Source: Clostridia bacterium
GTDB lineage: Bacteria; Bacillota; Clostridia; Oscillospirales; CAG-272
DNA: 64,000 bases
Direction: 5' to 3'
Assembly (NCBI GenBank): GCA_017507905.1
Contig: JAFWAA010000045.1
Location: 5,513 to 69,512, forward strand
Of this stretch, positions 1 to 9,512 are shown in pieces (position 1 is the stretch's first letter; each line of letters starts with the position of its first letter). The notes beneath the pieces were generated by a model that was given only the letters and a program-made list of their open reading frames with translations, was not told the DNA's origin and made no database searches. Both the position numbers and the translations under genes were made by a program.

Positions 1-807
1 GAGGGCATTCGCATTCGCTCCTACGATCAGCTCTATCAAAAGGCGCTCGAGGCAAAGGGCGCACCTACGGATATTTATGTCCAGCGCACGAGCGAGGACG
101 GAATGTCCGTCTCCTTCGTTCTTCTGGAGGACGTTCCGCTTAACGAGGAGCTTGTGAAATCCATCTTTGCGGGCTCGGTTTCCGAGAAGACGGGACTCAA
201 GCAGGGGGACGTGGTCAAAAAGGTAAACGGCACACGCGTGCACACCTACCACGAGCTGGCCTACGAGGTCATGAACCAGGGCTACCGTCCCGTTGATCTG
301 ACCGTTGTGCGCGACGGTGCGGAGATGACGCTGGAAGGCGTGACCTTCCCGAATTACACCGAGAGCGGCGCAACCTTCGGAAACGTGGATTTCCTCATCT
401 ACTCCGAGGAGAATTTCGGCATTCTCACGGTCTTGAAGCACACCTGGTTCCGTTCCTGCTCCACGGTCAAGATGGTCTATGACAGTCTCTTTGGCCTGTT
501 CACCAACCGCTTTGGCGTAGAGGCCGTTTCCGGTCCGATCGGCATCACCAAGACCATTTCCACCGTGGCACAGCAGAGTATGCTGAACGTGCTTTATCTT
601 GTGGTCGTGATCTCCATCAACCTGGGCGTCATGAACCTTTTGCCTTTCCCCGGGCTTGACGGCGGACACCTGATGATCTATGCGATCGAGGTGGTTCGCA
701 GAAAGCCCATGAAGCGTGAGCTTGAGGGGGTCATCAACTTTGTTGGTCTTGTGATCCTGCTTGCTCTTGCAGCTTTGATTACGATTAAGGATATTTTAAC
801 GCTATGA
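1..807 (+). CDS. rseP: RIP site-2 metalloprotease RseP/RasP (M50), C-terminal part; the 5' end lies upstream of the window
   Basis: Frame 1 is open from nt 1. A PDZ-like segment is followed by a C-terminal TM region with NLLPFPGLDGGH, typical of M50 S2P. ATGA overlap with ispG. Confidence 0.85.
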   Translation, partial: EGIRIRSYDQLYQKALEAKGAPTDIYVQRTSEDGMSVSFVLLEDVPLNEELVKSIFAGSVSEKTGLKQGDVVKKVNGTRVHTYHELAYEVMNQGYRPVDLTVVRDGAEMTLEGVTFPNYTESGATFGNVDFLIYSEENFGILTVLKHTWFRSCSTVKMVYDSLFGLFTNRFGVEAVSGPIGITKTISTVAQQSMLNVLYLVVVISINLGVMNLLPFPGLDGGHLMIYAIEVVRRKPMKRELEGVINFVGLVILLALAALITIKDILTL

Positions 808-1898
808 AGTATAACGAGATCCGACGCAATTGCCGCGCGGTGCAGGTCGGCAAGACCCTGATCGGCGGCAACGCACCCATCGCCATTCAATCCATGACCA
901 ATACCGATACCGCGGACGTTGACGCGACCCTCGAGCAGGTCAAGCGCTTGGAGGCCGCAGGCTGCGATATCGTCCGTATCTCGGTTCCCACCATCGAGTC
1001 CGCCGTGGCCATTCTGGCCATCAAAAACGCAGGCGTGCGTATTCCCATCGTGGCGGATATTCATTACGACTACCGCATCGCTCTGCGCTGTGCAGAGCTT
1101 GGCTTTGACAAGATCCGCATCAACCCCGGCAATATCGGGCAGGACGACCGCGTAAAGGCGGTTTGTGACGCCTGCCGCCGAAAGCACATTCCGATCCGCA
1201 TCGGGGTCAACAGCGGCTCCTTGGAGCGTCATATCCTGGCAAAGCACGGCGCTCCCTCGGCAGAGGCGCTTTGCGAAAGCGCGCTCTACCACGCGTCCCT
1301 TCTGGAAAAATTCGATTTTGAGGACACCGTGATCTCCATTAAGGCCTCCACCGTGTCCGAGATGATCCGCGCCAACCGCATTCTCGCCGAGTCCTGTCCC
1401 TATCCCTTGCACCTCGGCGTGACCGAGGCGGGAGGAGGAAGCCGAGGGCTCCTCAAGAGCGCGGTAGGCATTGGCTCTCTGCTTTGTGACGGCATCGGCG
1501 ACACGATCCGCGTCTCGCTCACCGACGATCCCCTAAAGGAGATCGAGGCGGCAAAGCAGATCCTGCGTGCCGTAGGGATTGAAGGGCAGTGCGGAATGGA
1601 TATCGTCAGCTGTCCGACTTGCTCACGCACCAAGATCGACCTCATTCCTCTGGTCAAGAGATTTGAGGAGGCGGTGAGCCGAGCAGGACTGGAAAACGTT
1701 CCCGTTAAGGTTGCGCTCATGGGCTGCCCGGTCAATGGCCCGGGCGAAGCACGTGAGGCCGACGTAGGCATCGCCGGCGGAAACGGAGAGGCGGTTTTGT
1801 TCCGCCGCGGTAAGATCATTGAGAAAATTCCCGAGGAGCAGGTCATCGAACGCCTGCTTCACGAGATCCGACTCTTAAGGAAAGAGATGAACGCATGA
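804..1898 (+). CDS. ispG: 4-hydroxy-3-methylbut-2-en-1-yl diphosphate synthase (flavodoxin)
   Basis: 364 aa. GcpE-type N-terminal barrel (IAIQSMTNT, ADIHYD, RINPGNIG) and a C-terminal Fe-S cysteine region (CPTCSRT...GCPVNGPGE). ATGA overlaps on both sides. Confidence 0.92.
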   Translation: MKYNEIRRNCRAVQVGKTLIGGNAPIAIQSMTNTDTADVDATLEQVKRLEAAGCDIVRISVPTIESAVAILAIKNAGVRIPIVADIHYDYRIALRCAELGFDKIRINPGNIGQDDRVKAVCDACRRKHIPIRIGVNSGSLERHILAKHGAPSAEALCESALYHASLLEKFDFEDTVISIKASTVSEMIRANRILAESCPYPLHLGVTEAGGGSRGLLKSAVGIGSLLCDGIGDTIRVSLTDDPLKEIEAAKQILRAVGIEGQCGMDIVSCPTCSRTKIDLIPLVKRFEEAVSRAGLENVPVKVALMGCPVNGPGEAREADVGIAGGNGEAVLFRRGKIIEKIPEEQVIERLLHEIRLLRKEMNA

Positions 1899-4800
1899 GC
1901 AAGAATCTTTTGGAAATCTTCAATCGCTACGAGCCAAGCGCAGAATACGGGCAGATCTTAGCCTCTGCCGATCCCAACAGCATCGCTCTGCGTGCCGATA
2001 AGGACAAGCGCATCATCGAGGTCAAGGCCGATTTTCTCGACGTGATCCCCAAAAAGGCCCTCTATCGCATCGAGGAGGAGATCCGCCGTGCTTACTCGCT
2101 CAACGCCGTACGCATTCGTCCGCACTATCCCTCCGCGCTCTTTGACGAGGAACGCATTCCCGATCTTCTCATAGAGACCAACCGCCGCGGGATCGTGGCC
2201 AACGGCTTTTTTAACCATTGCGATTACCGCTTGCAGGGAAGCGAGCTGCGCATTAATATTCCGTTCTCGGAGAGCGGCGTGAATCTGATCTACGATGCGC
2301 GCACTCCGCAGCTGATGGAGCAGCTCCTCGAGGAGGAATACGGCGTTACGGTCAAGGTGATCATTCGCCGTATGGAGGACTTTGACGCCTCCGATTTCCG
2401 CAATCCCATGGAGGAGCAGATGCGCGAGCTTGGTCGCCAGGCGGCGCGCGCCGAGCAGGAATACCAGCACGCCATGGAGGCGCCCCCGATCGGCGTTGAC
2501 AAGGAGCCCTCGGGCGAGGAGCGCGAGATGCTTCCGCGTGCGGCCTCCATTTATGACGGAGAATTTACCTGCGAGATCGACGAGCAGGGCATCTGCCGCA
2601 TCGGTGCATGCGGGTTTGATCTTTCCGCCCCCGAATACTGCATTGGCTCTCCCTTTGAGATCCGTCCCACGCCCATTTCGCAGATCGATTCGCCGCGAAA
2701 GAATCTGACCGTTGTGGGCAGCGTTTTCGGCTTCCAGAAGGAGGCCGCCCGCACGGAAGGGAAGTTTGACGTTTCCTTCTCGATCTTCGATGGCAGTAAC
2801 TCCATCGAGCACCGAAGCTTTTCGATGGATCAGGAGGCCGCGGACGAGCTTGCCGCCGTCGTCAAGGACGGAACGGCGATCGCCATGCGTGGATACGCCA
2901 AGCGCATGACGCGAAAGGGACAGGTCGACCAGGACTTTACCTTCTTCTATACCGATATTGCCAAGATCTCGCGCATCGTTCGCCGCGATCTTGCCCCCAA
3001 AAAGCGCGTGGAGCTGCATCTGCATACCACCATGTCCCAGATGGATGCGCTGATCGCGCCCGACGTCGCCGTCAAAACGGCACTCAAGTGGGGACACCCT
3101 GCCGTGGCCATCACCGATCACGGCAACGTTCAGGCCTTTCCCGATGCGATGCTGACGCTGGAAAAGGTTGCGGGAGACAACCCCGATTTTAAGGTCATTT
3201 ACGGTATGGAGGGCTATTTTGTCAACAACACGGCAAGCGCCGTGACAGGGCGTTACGATCCCTCATTTACCGCGGAATGCGTGGTCTTTGACATTGAGAC
3301 GACCGGCCTTTCGGTGCAAAACTGCAAGATCACCGAGATCGGTGCCGTGCTGATCCGCGACGGTGAGGTGATCGATCGCTTCAACACCTTCGTTGACCCC
3401 GAGGCGCCGATCCCCGAGGAGATCGTGGAGCTGACCGGCATCACCGACGAGATGGTCAAAGGGGCGCCCAAGGTCAAGGAGGCGCTTACGGCGTTCTTCT
3501 CCTTTATCGGTAACGATCGCGTTCCCGAAGGACGTCCCAAGCCCTTGCTCATTGCCCACAACGCCAATTTTGATATCGGCTTTATCCGTCATTTCGCCAA
3601 GCTTTCGGATCTGCCCTTTGACAATCCTTATCTGGATACGGTCGCACTCTCGCGCCACATTCATCCCGAGCTGAACAAGCACAAGCTGGATACCCTGGCC
3701 GAGCATTATCACCTGGGTGACTTTAATCACCACAGAGCCTGCGACGATGCCGAGATGCTTGCGCGCATCTATTTCTGCATGATCGAGACGATGCAGAAGC
3801 TGGAGCTGCGCGACCTGCAGGATCTGCACCGCGAGATGATCGAAAAGGCGGATCCCCTCAAGCTCAACACCTATCACCAGATCATTCTGGTCAAGAACGC
3901 CGTAGGACTTAAGAACCTCTACAAGCTGATCTCCTACAGCTACCTGGATTATTTCAAGCGCTTTCCGCGCATTCCCAAAACGGTCCTGGAAAAGCACCGT
4001 GAGGGATTGATCATCGGCTCTGCCTGCGAATCGGGCGAGCTGATCCGCGCGATCCTGGAAAACCGTCCCGAATCCGAGATCGAAGAGATCGTCAATTTTT
4101 ACGATTACCTTGAGATCCAGCCCACCTGCAACAACCGCTTTTTGATTGCCGAGGGCAAGATCGCGGACGAGGAGGGACTGCGCAATCTCAACCGCCGCGT
4201 GGTGGAGCTTGGTGAGCGCTACGGCAAGCCCGTTTGTGCCACCTGCGACGCCCATTTCCTTAACCGTGAGGACGAGCTTTACCGCAAGATCCTCCTTGCA
4301 GGACAAAAGTTCAAGGATTTTGACCGCGATATCGGTCTGTTCTACCGCACCACCGAGGAAATGCTGGAGGAATTTGCCTACCTCGGTGAGGAGAAGGCCT
4401 ATGAGGTGGTCGTCACCAACACCAATCTGATTGCCGACAGCATCGAGCGCGTGCGCCCCATTCCGAAGGGCAACTACACCCCCGAGATGGAGGGGGCCGA
4501 GCAGGAGCTGCAGGAGATGTGCTGGGCACGTGCCAAGGCACAGTACGGCGATCCGCTTCCCGAGCTGGTTTCGGCGCGTCTGGAGAGGGAATTGACCTCC
4601 ATCATCAAAAACGGCTTTGCCGTGCTCTATCTCATCGCCCAGCGCCTGGTGCATTACAGCGAGGAGCAGGGCTATTTGGTGGGCTCGCGCGGATCGGTTG
4701 GCTCTTCCTTCGTTGCCACGATGGCGGGCATTTCCGAGGTCAACCCTCTGCCGCCGCACTATTACTGCCCGAATCCGAATTGCCAGCACAACGAGTTCTT

Positions 4801-6358
4801 CACCGACGGCTCTGTTGGCTCGGGCTTTGACCTGCCCGACAAGATCTGCCCCAAGTGCGGAACCAAGTATAAGGCGGACGGTCACGACATCATGTTTGAG
4901 ACCTTCCTTGGCTTCTACGGCGACAAATCCCCGGATATCGACCTCAACTTCTCGGGTGACGTTCAGGGACGCGTACATAAATACACCGAGGAGCTCTTTG
5001 GCGAGGGGCACGTGTTCCGCGCGGGAACACTGGGAACGCTTGCCGATAAGACCGCCTACGGTTACGTGGCAAAGTTCGTGGAGCAAAAGGGGATCAGCCT
5101 TCCCAGAGCCGAGATGAACCGCCTCGTCATGAATTGCGTGGGTGTCAAGAAGACCACGGGACAGCACCCCGGAGGCATTATCGTCGTGCCGCAGAAGTTT
5201 GACATTTACGACTTCACCCCGGTGCAGCATCCTGCCGACGACCCCAATTCCTCCATCATCACCACGCACTTTGCGTTTTCCTATCTCCACGATACCATTC
5301 TCAAGCTCGACGAGCTGGGACACGATATTCCGACCAAGTATAAGTGGCTGGAGACCTTTACCGATTCCTCGGTCATGGACGTTGCCATGAACGATCGCTC
5401 GGTCTACGAGCTCTTTGAGTCCACAGCACCCCTTGGCATTCGTCCCGAGGACATTGAGGGCTGCACCATCGGCACCTACGGACTTCCCGAGCTGGGGACC
5501 CCCTTTATCCAGCAGGTATTGCTTGACGCAAAGCCGCGAAACTTTGCTGACCTTCTGCAGATCTCGGGTCTGACGCACGGTACCGACGTGTGGCTTGGAA
5601 ACGCGCAGGATTTGATCCGCGAGGGGACCTGCGATATTTCCCGCGTGATCGGAACCCGTGACGGTATCATGCTGGATATGATCCGCTACGGGCTTGACAA
5701 CTCCACCTCCTTCAAGATCATGGAGGCGGTGCGAAAGGGAAAGGGACTCACCCCCGAATGGGAGGCCTCCATGCGCGAGCACGGCGTTCCCGAGTGGTAT
5801 ATTCTTTCCTGTAAGAAGATCAAATACCTGTTCCCGAAGGCACACGCCGCGGCCTACGTCATGTCGGCCATTCGCCTGGCGTGGTACAAGGTCCATCAGC
5901 CGGTTGCCTTCTACTGCACCATGTTCACGGTAGCCCCCAACGGCTTTGACGCACAGATCGTCCGAGGCGGAAAGGGACACGTGGTTGCCGTGATGCGCGA
6001 TATTCAAAAGCGCGGCAAGGAGGCCTCCCCCAAGGAGCAGGCCAGCGTCACCGTGCTTCAGCTGATCAACGAGGCCATGGCACGCGGAATCCGCTTCCTG
6101 CCCGTGGATCTGCAAAAGTCGCATTCCTACGTTTTCCAGCCCGAAAACGGCGCGATCCGTATGCCCTTTTCCGCCCTCCCGGGACTTGGAGAGAGCGCGG
6201 CAGAGAACATCATTCGCGCCCGCGAGGAGGAGCCCTTCTTCTCGGTGGAGGATCTGCAGATCCGCGCCAAGCTCAGCAAGGCCGTGATCGACATTCTCCG
6301 CACGAACGGCGCCCTGGATAACATTCAGGAGACCGACCAGCTGACCATGCGGTTTTAA
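1895..6358 (+). CDS. polC: DNA polymerase III alpha subunit, Gram-positive PolC type
   Basis: 1487 aa. DEDD exonuclease motifs (VVFDIETTGLS, HNANFDIGF), PHP and pol III core, and a zinc-finger segment (CPNPNCQH...CPKCG). Followed by a terminator. Confidence 0.97.
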   Translation: MSKNLLEIFNRYEPSAEYGQILASADPNSIALRADKDKRIIEVKADFLDVIPKKALYRIEEEIRRAYSLNAVRIRPHYPSALFDEERIPDLLIETNRRGIVANGFFNHCDYRLQGSELRINIPFSESGVNLIYDARTPQLMEQLLEEEYGVTVKVIIRRMEDFDASDFRNPMEEQMRELGRQAARAEQEYQHAMEAPPIGVDKEPSGEEREMLPRAASIYDGEFTCEIDEQGICRIGACGFDLSAPEYCIGSPFEIRPTPISQIDSPRKNLTVVGSVFGFQKEAARTEGKFDVSFSIFDGSNSIEHRSFSMDQEAADELAAVVKDGTAIAMRGYAKRMTRKGQVDQDFTFFYTDIAKISRIVRRDLAPKKRVELHLHTTMSQMDALIAPDVAVKTALKWGHPAVAITDHGNVQAFPDAMLTLEKVAGDNPDFKVIYGMEGYFVNNTASAVTGRYDPSFTAECVVFDIETTGLSVQNCKITEIGAVLIRDGEVIDRFNTFVDPEAPIPEEIVELTGITDEMVKGAPKVKEALTAFFSFIGNDRVPEGRPKPLLIAHNANFDIGFIRHFAKLSDLPFDNPYLDTVALSRHIHPELNKHKLDTLAEHYHLGDFNHHRACDDAEMLARIYFCMIETMQKLELRDLQDLHREMIEKADPLKLNTYHQIILVKNAVGLKNLYKLISYSYLDYFKRFPRIPKTVLEKHREGLIIGSACESGELIRAILENRPESEIEEIVNFYDYLEIQPTCNNRFLIAEGKIADEEGLRNLNRRVVELGERYGKPVCATCDAHFLNREDELYRKILLAGQKFKDFDRDIGLFYRTTEEMLEEFAYLGEEKAYEVVVTNTNLIADSIERVRPIPKGNYTPEMEGAEQELQEMCWARAKAQYGDPLPELVSARLERELTSIIKNGFAVLYLIAQRLVHYSEEQGYLVGSRGSVGSSFVATMAGISEVNPLPPHYYCPNPNCQHNEFFTDGSVGSGFDLPDKICPKCGTKYKADGHDIMFETFLGFYGDKSPDIDLNFSGDVQGRVHKYTEELFGEGHVFRAGTLGTLADKTAYGYVAKFVEQKGISLPRAEMNRLVMNCVGVKKTTGQHPGGIIVVPQKFDIYDFTPVQHPADDPNSSIITTHFAFSYLHDTILKLDELGHDIPTKYKWLETFTDSSVMDVAMNDRSVYELFESTAPLGIRPEDIEGCTIGTYGLPELGTPFIQQVLLDAKPRNFADLLQISGLTHGTDVWLGNAQDLIREGTCDISRVIGTRDGIMLDMIRYGLDNSTSFKIMEAVRKGKGLTPEWEASMREHGVPEWYILSCKKIKYLFPKAHAAAYVMSAIRLAWYKVHQPVAFYCTMFTVAPNGFDAQIVRGGKGHVVAVMRDIQKRGKEASPKEQASVTVLQLINEAMARGIRFLPVDLQKSHSYVFQPENGAIRMPFSALPGLGESAAENIIRAREEEPFFSVEDLQIRAKLSKAVIDILRTNGALDNIQETDQLTMRF

Positions 6359-6370
6359 GCCGTCTAAAAA

Positions 6371-6408
6371 GCACAGCATACCTGCTTTGGGTATGCCGTG
6401 CTTTTTTT
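6371..6408 (+). terminator. Rho-independent terminator after polC
   Basis: GCACAGCATACC / GGTATGCCGTGC stem (one mismatch), 7-nt loop, then T7. Confidence 0.85.
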
Positions 6409-6522
6409 GCGTCCCTCCTGCTTTTCGACAAGCGCTTGGAAAAGGTGTCAAAAAATGCGGAAGCGCATAGAATATTAGCGAGGAGAGCCCTCTGAGAAAC
6501 TTTGGAAAAAGGAGACACCGCT

Positions 6523-7374
6523 ATGAACGAAAACAGATTTCCTTGCACGCCGAGCCCGGGCGGCTGCCGTGACACGGTTTGTATCGAGACCAATCGGATA
6601 TTGGATTCCTGTCGGGATCGGGATTGCTACGAGAACGTGCGCGTATACCTTTCCGATCTTGGGCACGAGATCATCGAGCGCACGAGCAGCATTCGCGCCA
6701 AGGAGGCCAAGATCGTCTGGACCTGCATCGGCATTGACCCCATACAGTTTAACCGCGGCTTTTACGCCGTCACGATCCGCCTTTATATCAAGCTCCTCTT
6801 TGAGGCCTGCATTGGCGTGGGGCATTCCCAGGAGGTAGAGGGAATTGCCGTCATTGAGAAGCGCGTGATCCTCTACGGCGGCGAAAGCCAGGTAAGCGTC
6901 TTCCGCAGTCACGGAGGCGAGGGCGGCTTCTGCTGCAGCCCGGATCCCGTTTGCTCCGAGAAGAAGGTTCCTACGGCCATTCTTGAGGTGGTCGATCCCG
7001 TTGTTTTGGGGTGCCGTATTGCCGAGCGCATCAGCGATTGCAAGTGCTGCTGTTGCTGCTGCGAGGGAGATCTGCCCGATGGCGTGCTCTCCTCGCTCTC
7101 GTCGCCCGTGCTGTTTGACGATACCCCCGGCGTCGGTCGCCGCTATCTGACCGTATCCCTCGGCATTTTCTCGGTGGTGCGCATCGTTCGTCCCACCCAG
7201 CTGCTGATCAACGCCGCCGAGTATTGCATTCCCGAGAAGGAGTGCCGTCCCGTTGAAGAGGACGATCCCTGCAAGATCTTCCGCGATATGCCTTTTCCCG
7301 TCGGTGAATTCTGCGCGCACACTCTGCCGCCTCCCCCTCATGAGAAGGGCGGACGCTGCGGATGCGGCTCATGA
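6523..7374 (+). CDS. Cysteine-rich hypothetical protein (24 Cys in 283 aa by my count, includes DCKCCCCCCE); possible spore-surface protein
   Basis: ATG at 6523 lies 8 nt after GGAG (6511-6514); the track's TTG at 6502 is less likely. Monocistronic between the polC terminator and the convergent clpX terminator. I recognise no family motif. Confidence 0.6.
   Translation: MNENRFPCTPSPGGCRDTVCIETNRILDSCRDRDCYENVRVYLSDLGHEIIERTSSIRAKEAKIVWTCIGIDPIQFNRGFYAVTIRLYIKLLFEACIGVGHSQEVEGIAVIEKRVILYGGESQVSVFRSHGGEGGFCCSPDPVCSEKKVPTAILEVVDPVVLGCRIAERISDCKCCCCCCEGDLPDGVLSSLSSPVLFDDTPGVGRRYLTVSLGIFSVVRIVRPTQLLINAAEYCIPEKECRPVEEDDPCKIFRDMPFPVGEFCAHTLPPPPHEKGGRCGCGS
7045..7062 (+). repeat. TGC/TGT codon tract (tgc tgc tgt tgc tgc tgc) encoding CCCCCC
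   Basis: Read directly; it lies inside the Cys-rich CDS. Confidence 0.9.
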
Positions 7375-7387
7375 CCTAAGTAAAGAA

Positions 7388-7426
7388 GAAGCGGCTCAAG
7401 CATATGTCTGAGTCGCTTCTTTTTTG
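7388..7426. terminator. Shared terminator between the convergent Cys-rich gene and clpX
   Basis: GAAGCGGCTCA / TGAGTCGCTTC stem (one G-T pair). A T-tract follows on the + strand and an A-rich tract precedes it. Confidence 0.75.
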
Positions 7427-7429
7427 TTG

Positions 7430-8797
7430 TTATCCTGCCGCAGTGCCGTCCGTCAGCGCGGGAGCTTCCTCCTGTGCGGGAACGGTATCGCGGAGAAGAA
7501 TATACTTGCATTTGCCTTCCTTGCGCAGGCATTCCGGGGTGATCAGCACCTCGGCAACGTCGGCTCTGGAGGGAACCTCGTACATGATCTCGGTCATTGC
7601 GCTTTCCAGAATGGAGCGCAGACCGCGTGCACCGGTATTGCGCTCGATCGCCATCTCGGCAACCGTCTCGAGCGCGTCCTCGGGAATGGTCAGCTTAACG
7701 CCGTCCATGCGGAAGAGCTTTTCGTACTGCTTGACCAAGGAATTCTTGGGCTCGGTCAGAATGCGCACGAGGGCTGCGCGGTCCAGATCCGAAAGGGGAA
7801 CGATCACGGGGATTCGTCCGATAAGCTCGGGGATCAGACCAAACTTGACGATATCGTGCGGCACAACGTCGCGGAAGATACCGGTATCCTTGCGCTCGGT
7901 CTTGGTCTTGATCTCACCGCCAAAGCCGATCACCTGGTTACCCTTGCGCTTCTCGATGATGCGGTCAAGGCCGTCAAAGGCGCCGCCACAGATAAAGAGA
8001 ATGTTCTTGGTGTTGATCTGAATGAACTCCTGGTTGGGGTGCTTGCGACCGCCCTGGGGAGGAACGTTTGCCACGGTGCCCTCCAGGATCTTGAGCAGGG
8101 CCTGCTGAACACCCTCGCCCGAGACATCGCGGGTGATGGAGCGGTTCTCGCTCTTGCGCGAGATCTTGTCGATCTCGTCGATATAAATGATGCCGCGCTC
8201 GGCAAGCTCCACGTCGTAGTCTGCCGCCTGGATCAAGCGGAGAAGAATGTTCTCCACGTCCTCACCGACGTATCCTGCCTCAGTCAGCGTGGTCGCGTCG
8301 GCGATCGCAAAGGGAACCTTCAGCGTCTTTGCCAGCGTCTGGGCAAGATAGGTCTTTCCCACGCCGGTCGGACCGATGAGTAGGACGTTGCTCTTTTGCA
8401 GCTCAACGTCGTCCTCGTCGGGAGCCGAATCGGTCTCCTTCTTCTTTTTTCCCTTCGCGGCCTTCTGCGCCTCGGTCTTCTGGGAAAGAATGCGCTTGTA
8501 GTGATTGTAAACGGCAACCGAGAGCGCCACCTTGGCCTCGTCCTGCCCGATCACGTACGCATCCAGGGAAGCCTTGATCTGCGCGGGGCGGGGAAGCTCT
8601 GAGAGTGAGAGGGGCTCGTTGCTTCTGCGGGTCTGCTCCTCGGTCTCCAGGATCAGCTCGTTGCAGGCCTCAACGCAAAAATCACAGATATAGGCGTTGG
8701 TGGGGGAAGGGATCAGAAAATTGACCTGATGCTCGTTCCGTCCGCAAAAGGAGCAGTGACGCAGGCTTTTTCCGTTCTGGTTAGAATTGTTTGCCAT
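7430..8797 (-). CDS. clpX: ATP-dependent Clp protease ATP-binding subunit ClpX
   Basis: 455 aa. N-terminal C4 zinc finger (CSFCGR...CDFC), Walker A GPTGVGKT and the AAA+ core. Confidence 0.97.
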   Translation of the reverse strand: MANNSNQNGKSLRHCSFCGRNEHQVNFLIPSPTNAYICDFCVEACNELILETEEQTRRSNEPLSLSELPRPAQIKASLDAYVIGQDEAKVALSVAVYNHYKRILSQKTEAQKAAKGKKKKETDSAPDEDDVELQKSNVLLIGPTGVGKTYLAQTLAKTLKVPFAIADATTLTEAGYVGEDVENILLRLIQAADYDVELAERGIIYIDEIDKISRKSENRSITRDVSGEGVQQALLKILEGTVANVPPQGGRKHPNQEFIQINTKNILFICGGAFDGLDRIIEKRKGNQVIGFGGEIKTKTERKDTGIFRDVVPHDIVKFGLIPELIGRIPVIVPLSDLDRAALVRILTEPKNSLVKQYEKLFRMDGVKLTIPEDALETVAEMAIERNTGARGLRSILESAMTEIMYEVPSRADVAEVLITPECLRKEGKCKYILLRDTVPAQEEAPALTDGTAAG

Positions 8798-8826
8798 GAA
8801 TATGCCTTTGAGTACCTTTCTTTCGG

Positions 8827-9438
8827 TCAGGGACGCTTTGCCAGGATCTTGTCAACAAGCCCGTACGCCAGAGCATCCTCTGCCGTCATATAGTTGTCGC
8901 GGTCGGTATCGCGCTCGATCACGTCCAGGGGCTTGCCCGTGTTCTCGGCGAGGATACGGTTCAGCGTTGCCTTGGTGCGCAGGATATGCTCGGCCTGGAT
9001 CTGAATATCGCTTGCCTGGCCGCGTGCGCCGCCCAGAGGCTGGTGGATCATGATCTCGCTGTGGGGGAGAGCCAAGCGCTTGCCCTTGGTTCCGGAGGAA
9101 AGCAGAAATGCGCCCATGCTGGCCGCCATGCCGATGCAGATGGTGGAAACGTCACACTTGATGAACTGCATGGTATCGTAAATGGCCATGCCTGCCGTGA
9201 CAGAGCCGCCGGGAGAGTTGATATAGAAGGAGATGTCCTTGTCGGGATCCTGTGCCTCCAAAAAGAGCATCTGGGCCACGACCAGGGAAGCGGTAGCGTC
9301 ATTCACCTCATCCGAGAGAAAGACGATGCGATCGTTGAGCAGACGGGAGAAGATATCGTAGGAGCGCTCTCCGCGGCTGGTTTGCTCGACGACCATGGGG
9401 ACGAGTGCGTCCCTTGCGGTATTTCGGGGATCAAACAT
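8827..9438 (-). CDS. clpP: ATP-dependent Clp protease proteolytic subunit ClpP
   Basis: 203 aa. Catalytic Ser context [11 protein letters not shown] and His context [16 protein letters not shown]. Confidence 0.97.
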   Translation of the reverse strand: MFDPRNTARDALVPMVVEQTSRGERSYDIFSRLLNDRIVFLSDEVNDATASLVVAQMLFLEAQDPDKDISFYINSPGGSVTAGMAIYDTMQFIKCDVSTICIGMAASMGAFLLSSGTKGKRLALPHSEIMIHQPLGGARGQASDIQIQAEHILRTKATLNRILAENTGKPLDVIERDTDRDNYMTAEDALAYGLVDKILAKRP

Positions 9439-9466
9439 GCTTCATACCTCGTTTCATGATAAAGTG

Positions 9467-9498
9467 GAACCGGAAATGGCAATTGCTACTTCCGGTTC
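9467..9498 (-). terminator. Hairpin between tig and clpP (weak terminator or processing site)
   Basis: GAACCGGAA / TTCCGGTTC 9-bp stem with a 14-nt loop. Only a weak U-tract on the minus strand. Confidence 0.35.
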
Positions 9499-9512
9499 AA
9501 GGTGTGTAAATT

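Noticed and set aside
3263-6451. 1062-aa ORF antisense to polC
   Set aside because: It lies entirely within and opposite a gene with unmistakable PolC motifs. Its translation is a low-complexity G/A/L/V/R/H/D-rich string with no recognisable motif and no RBS. This is a typical stop-codon-poor shadow frame of a high-GC coding region.
9439-9512. CtsR (GGTCAAA repeats), CIRCE or LexA operator upstream of clpP
   Set aside because: No GGTCAAA direct repeat and no TTAGCACTC-N9-GAGTGCTAA is present. The GAAC...GTTC arms are 24 nt apart and form the tig-clpP hairpin rather than an SOS box.
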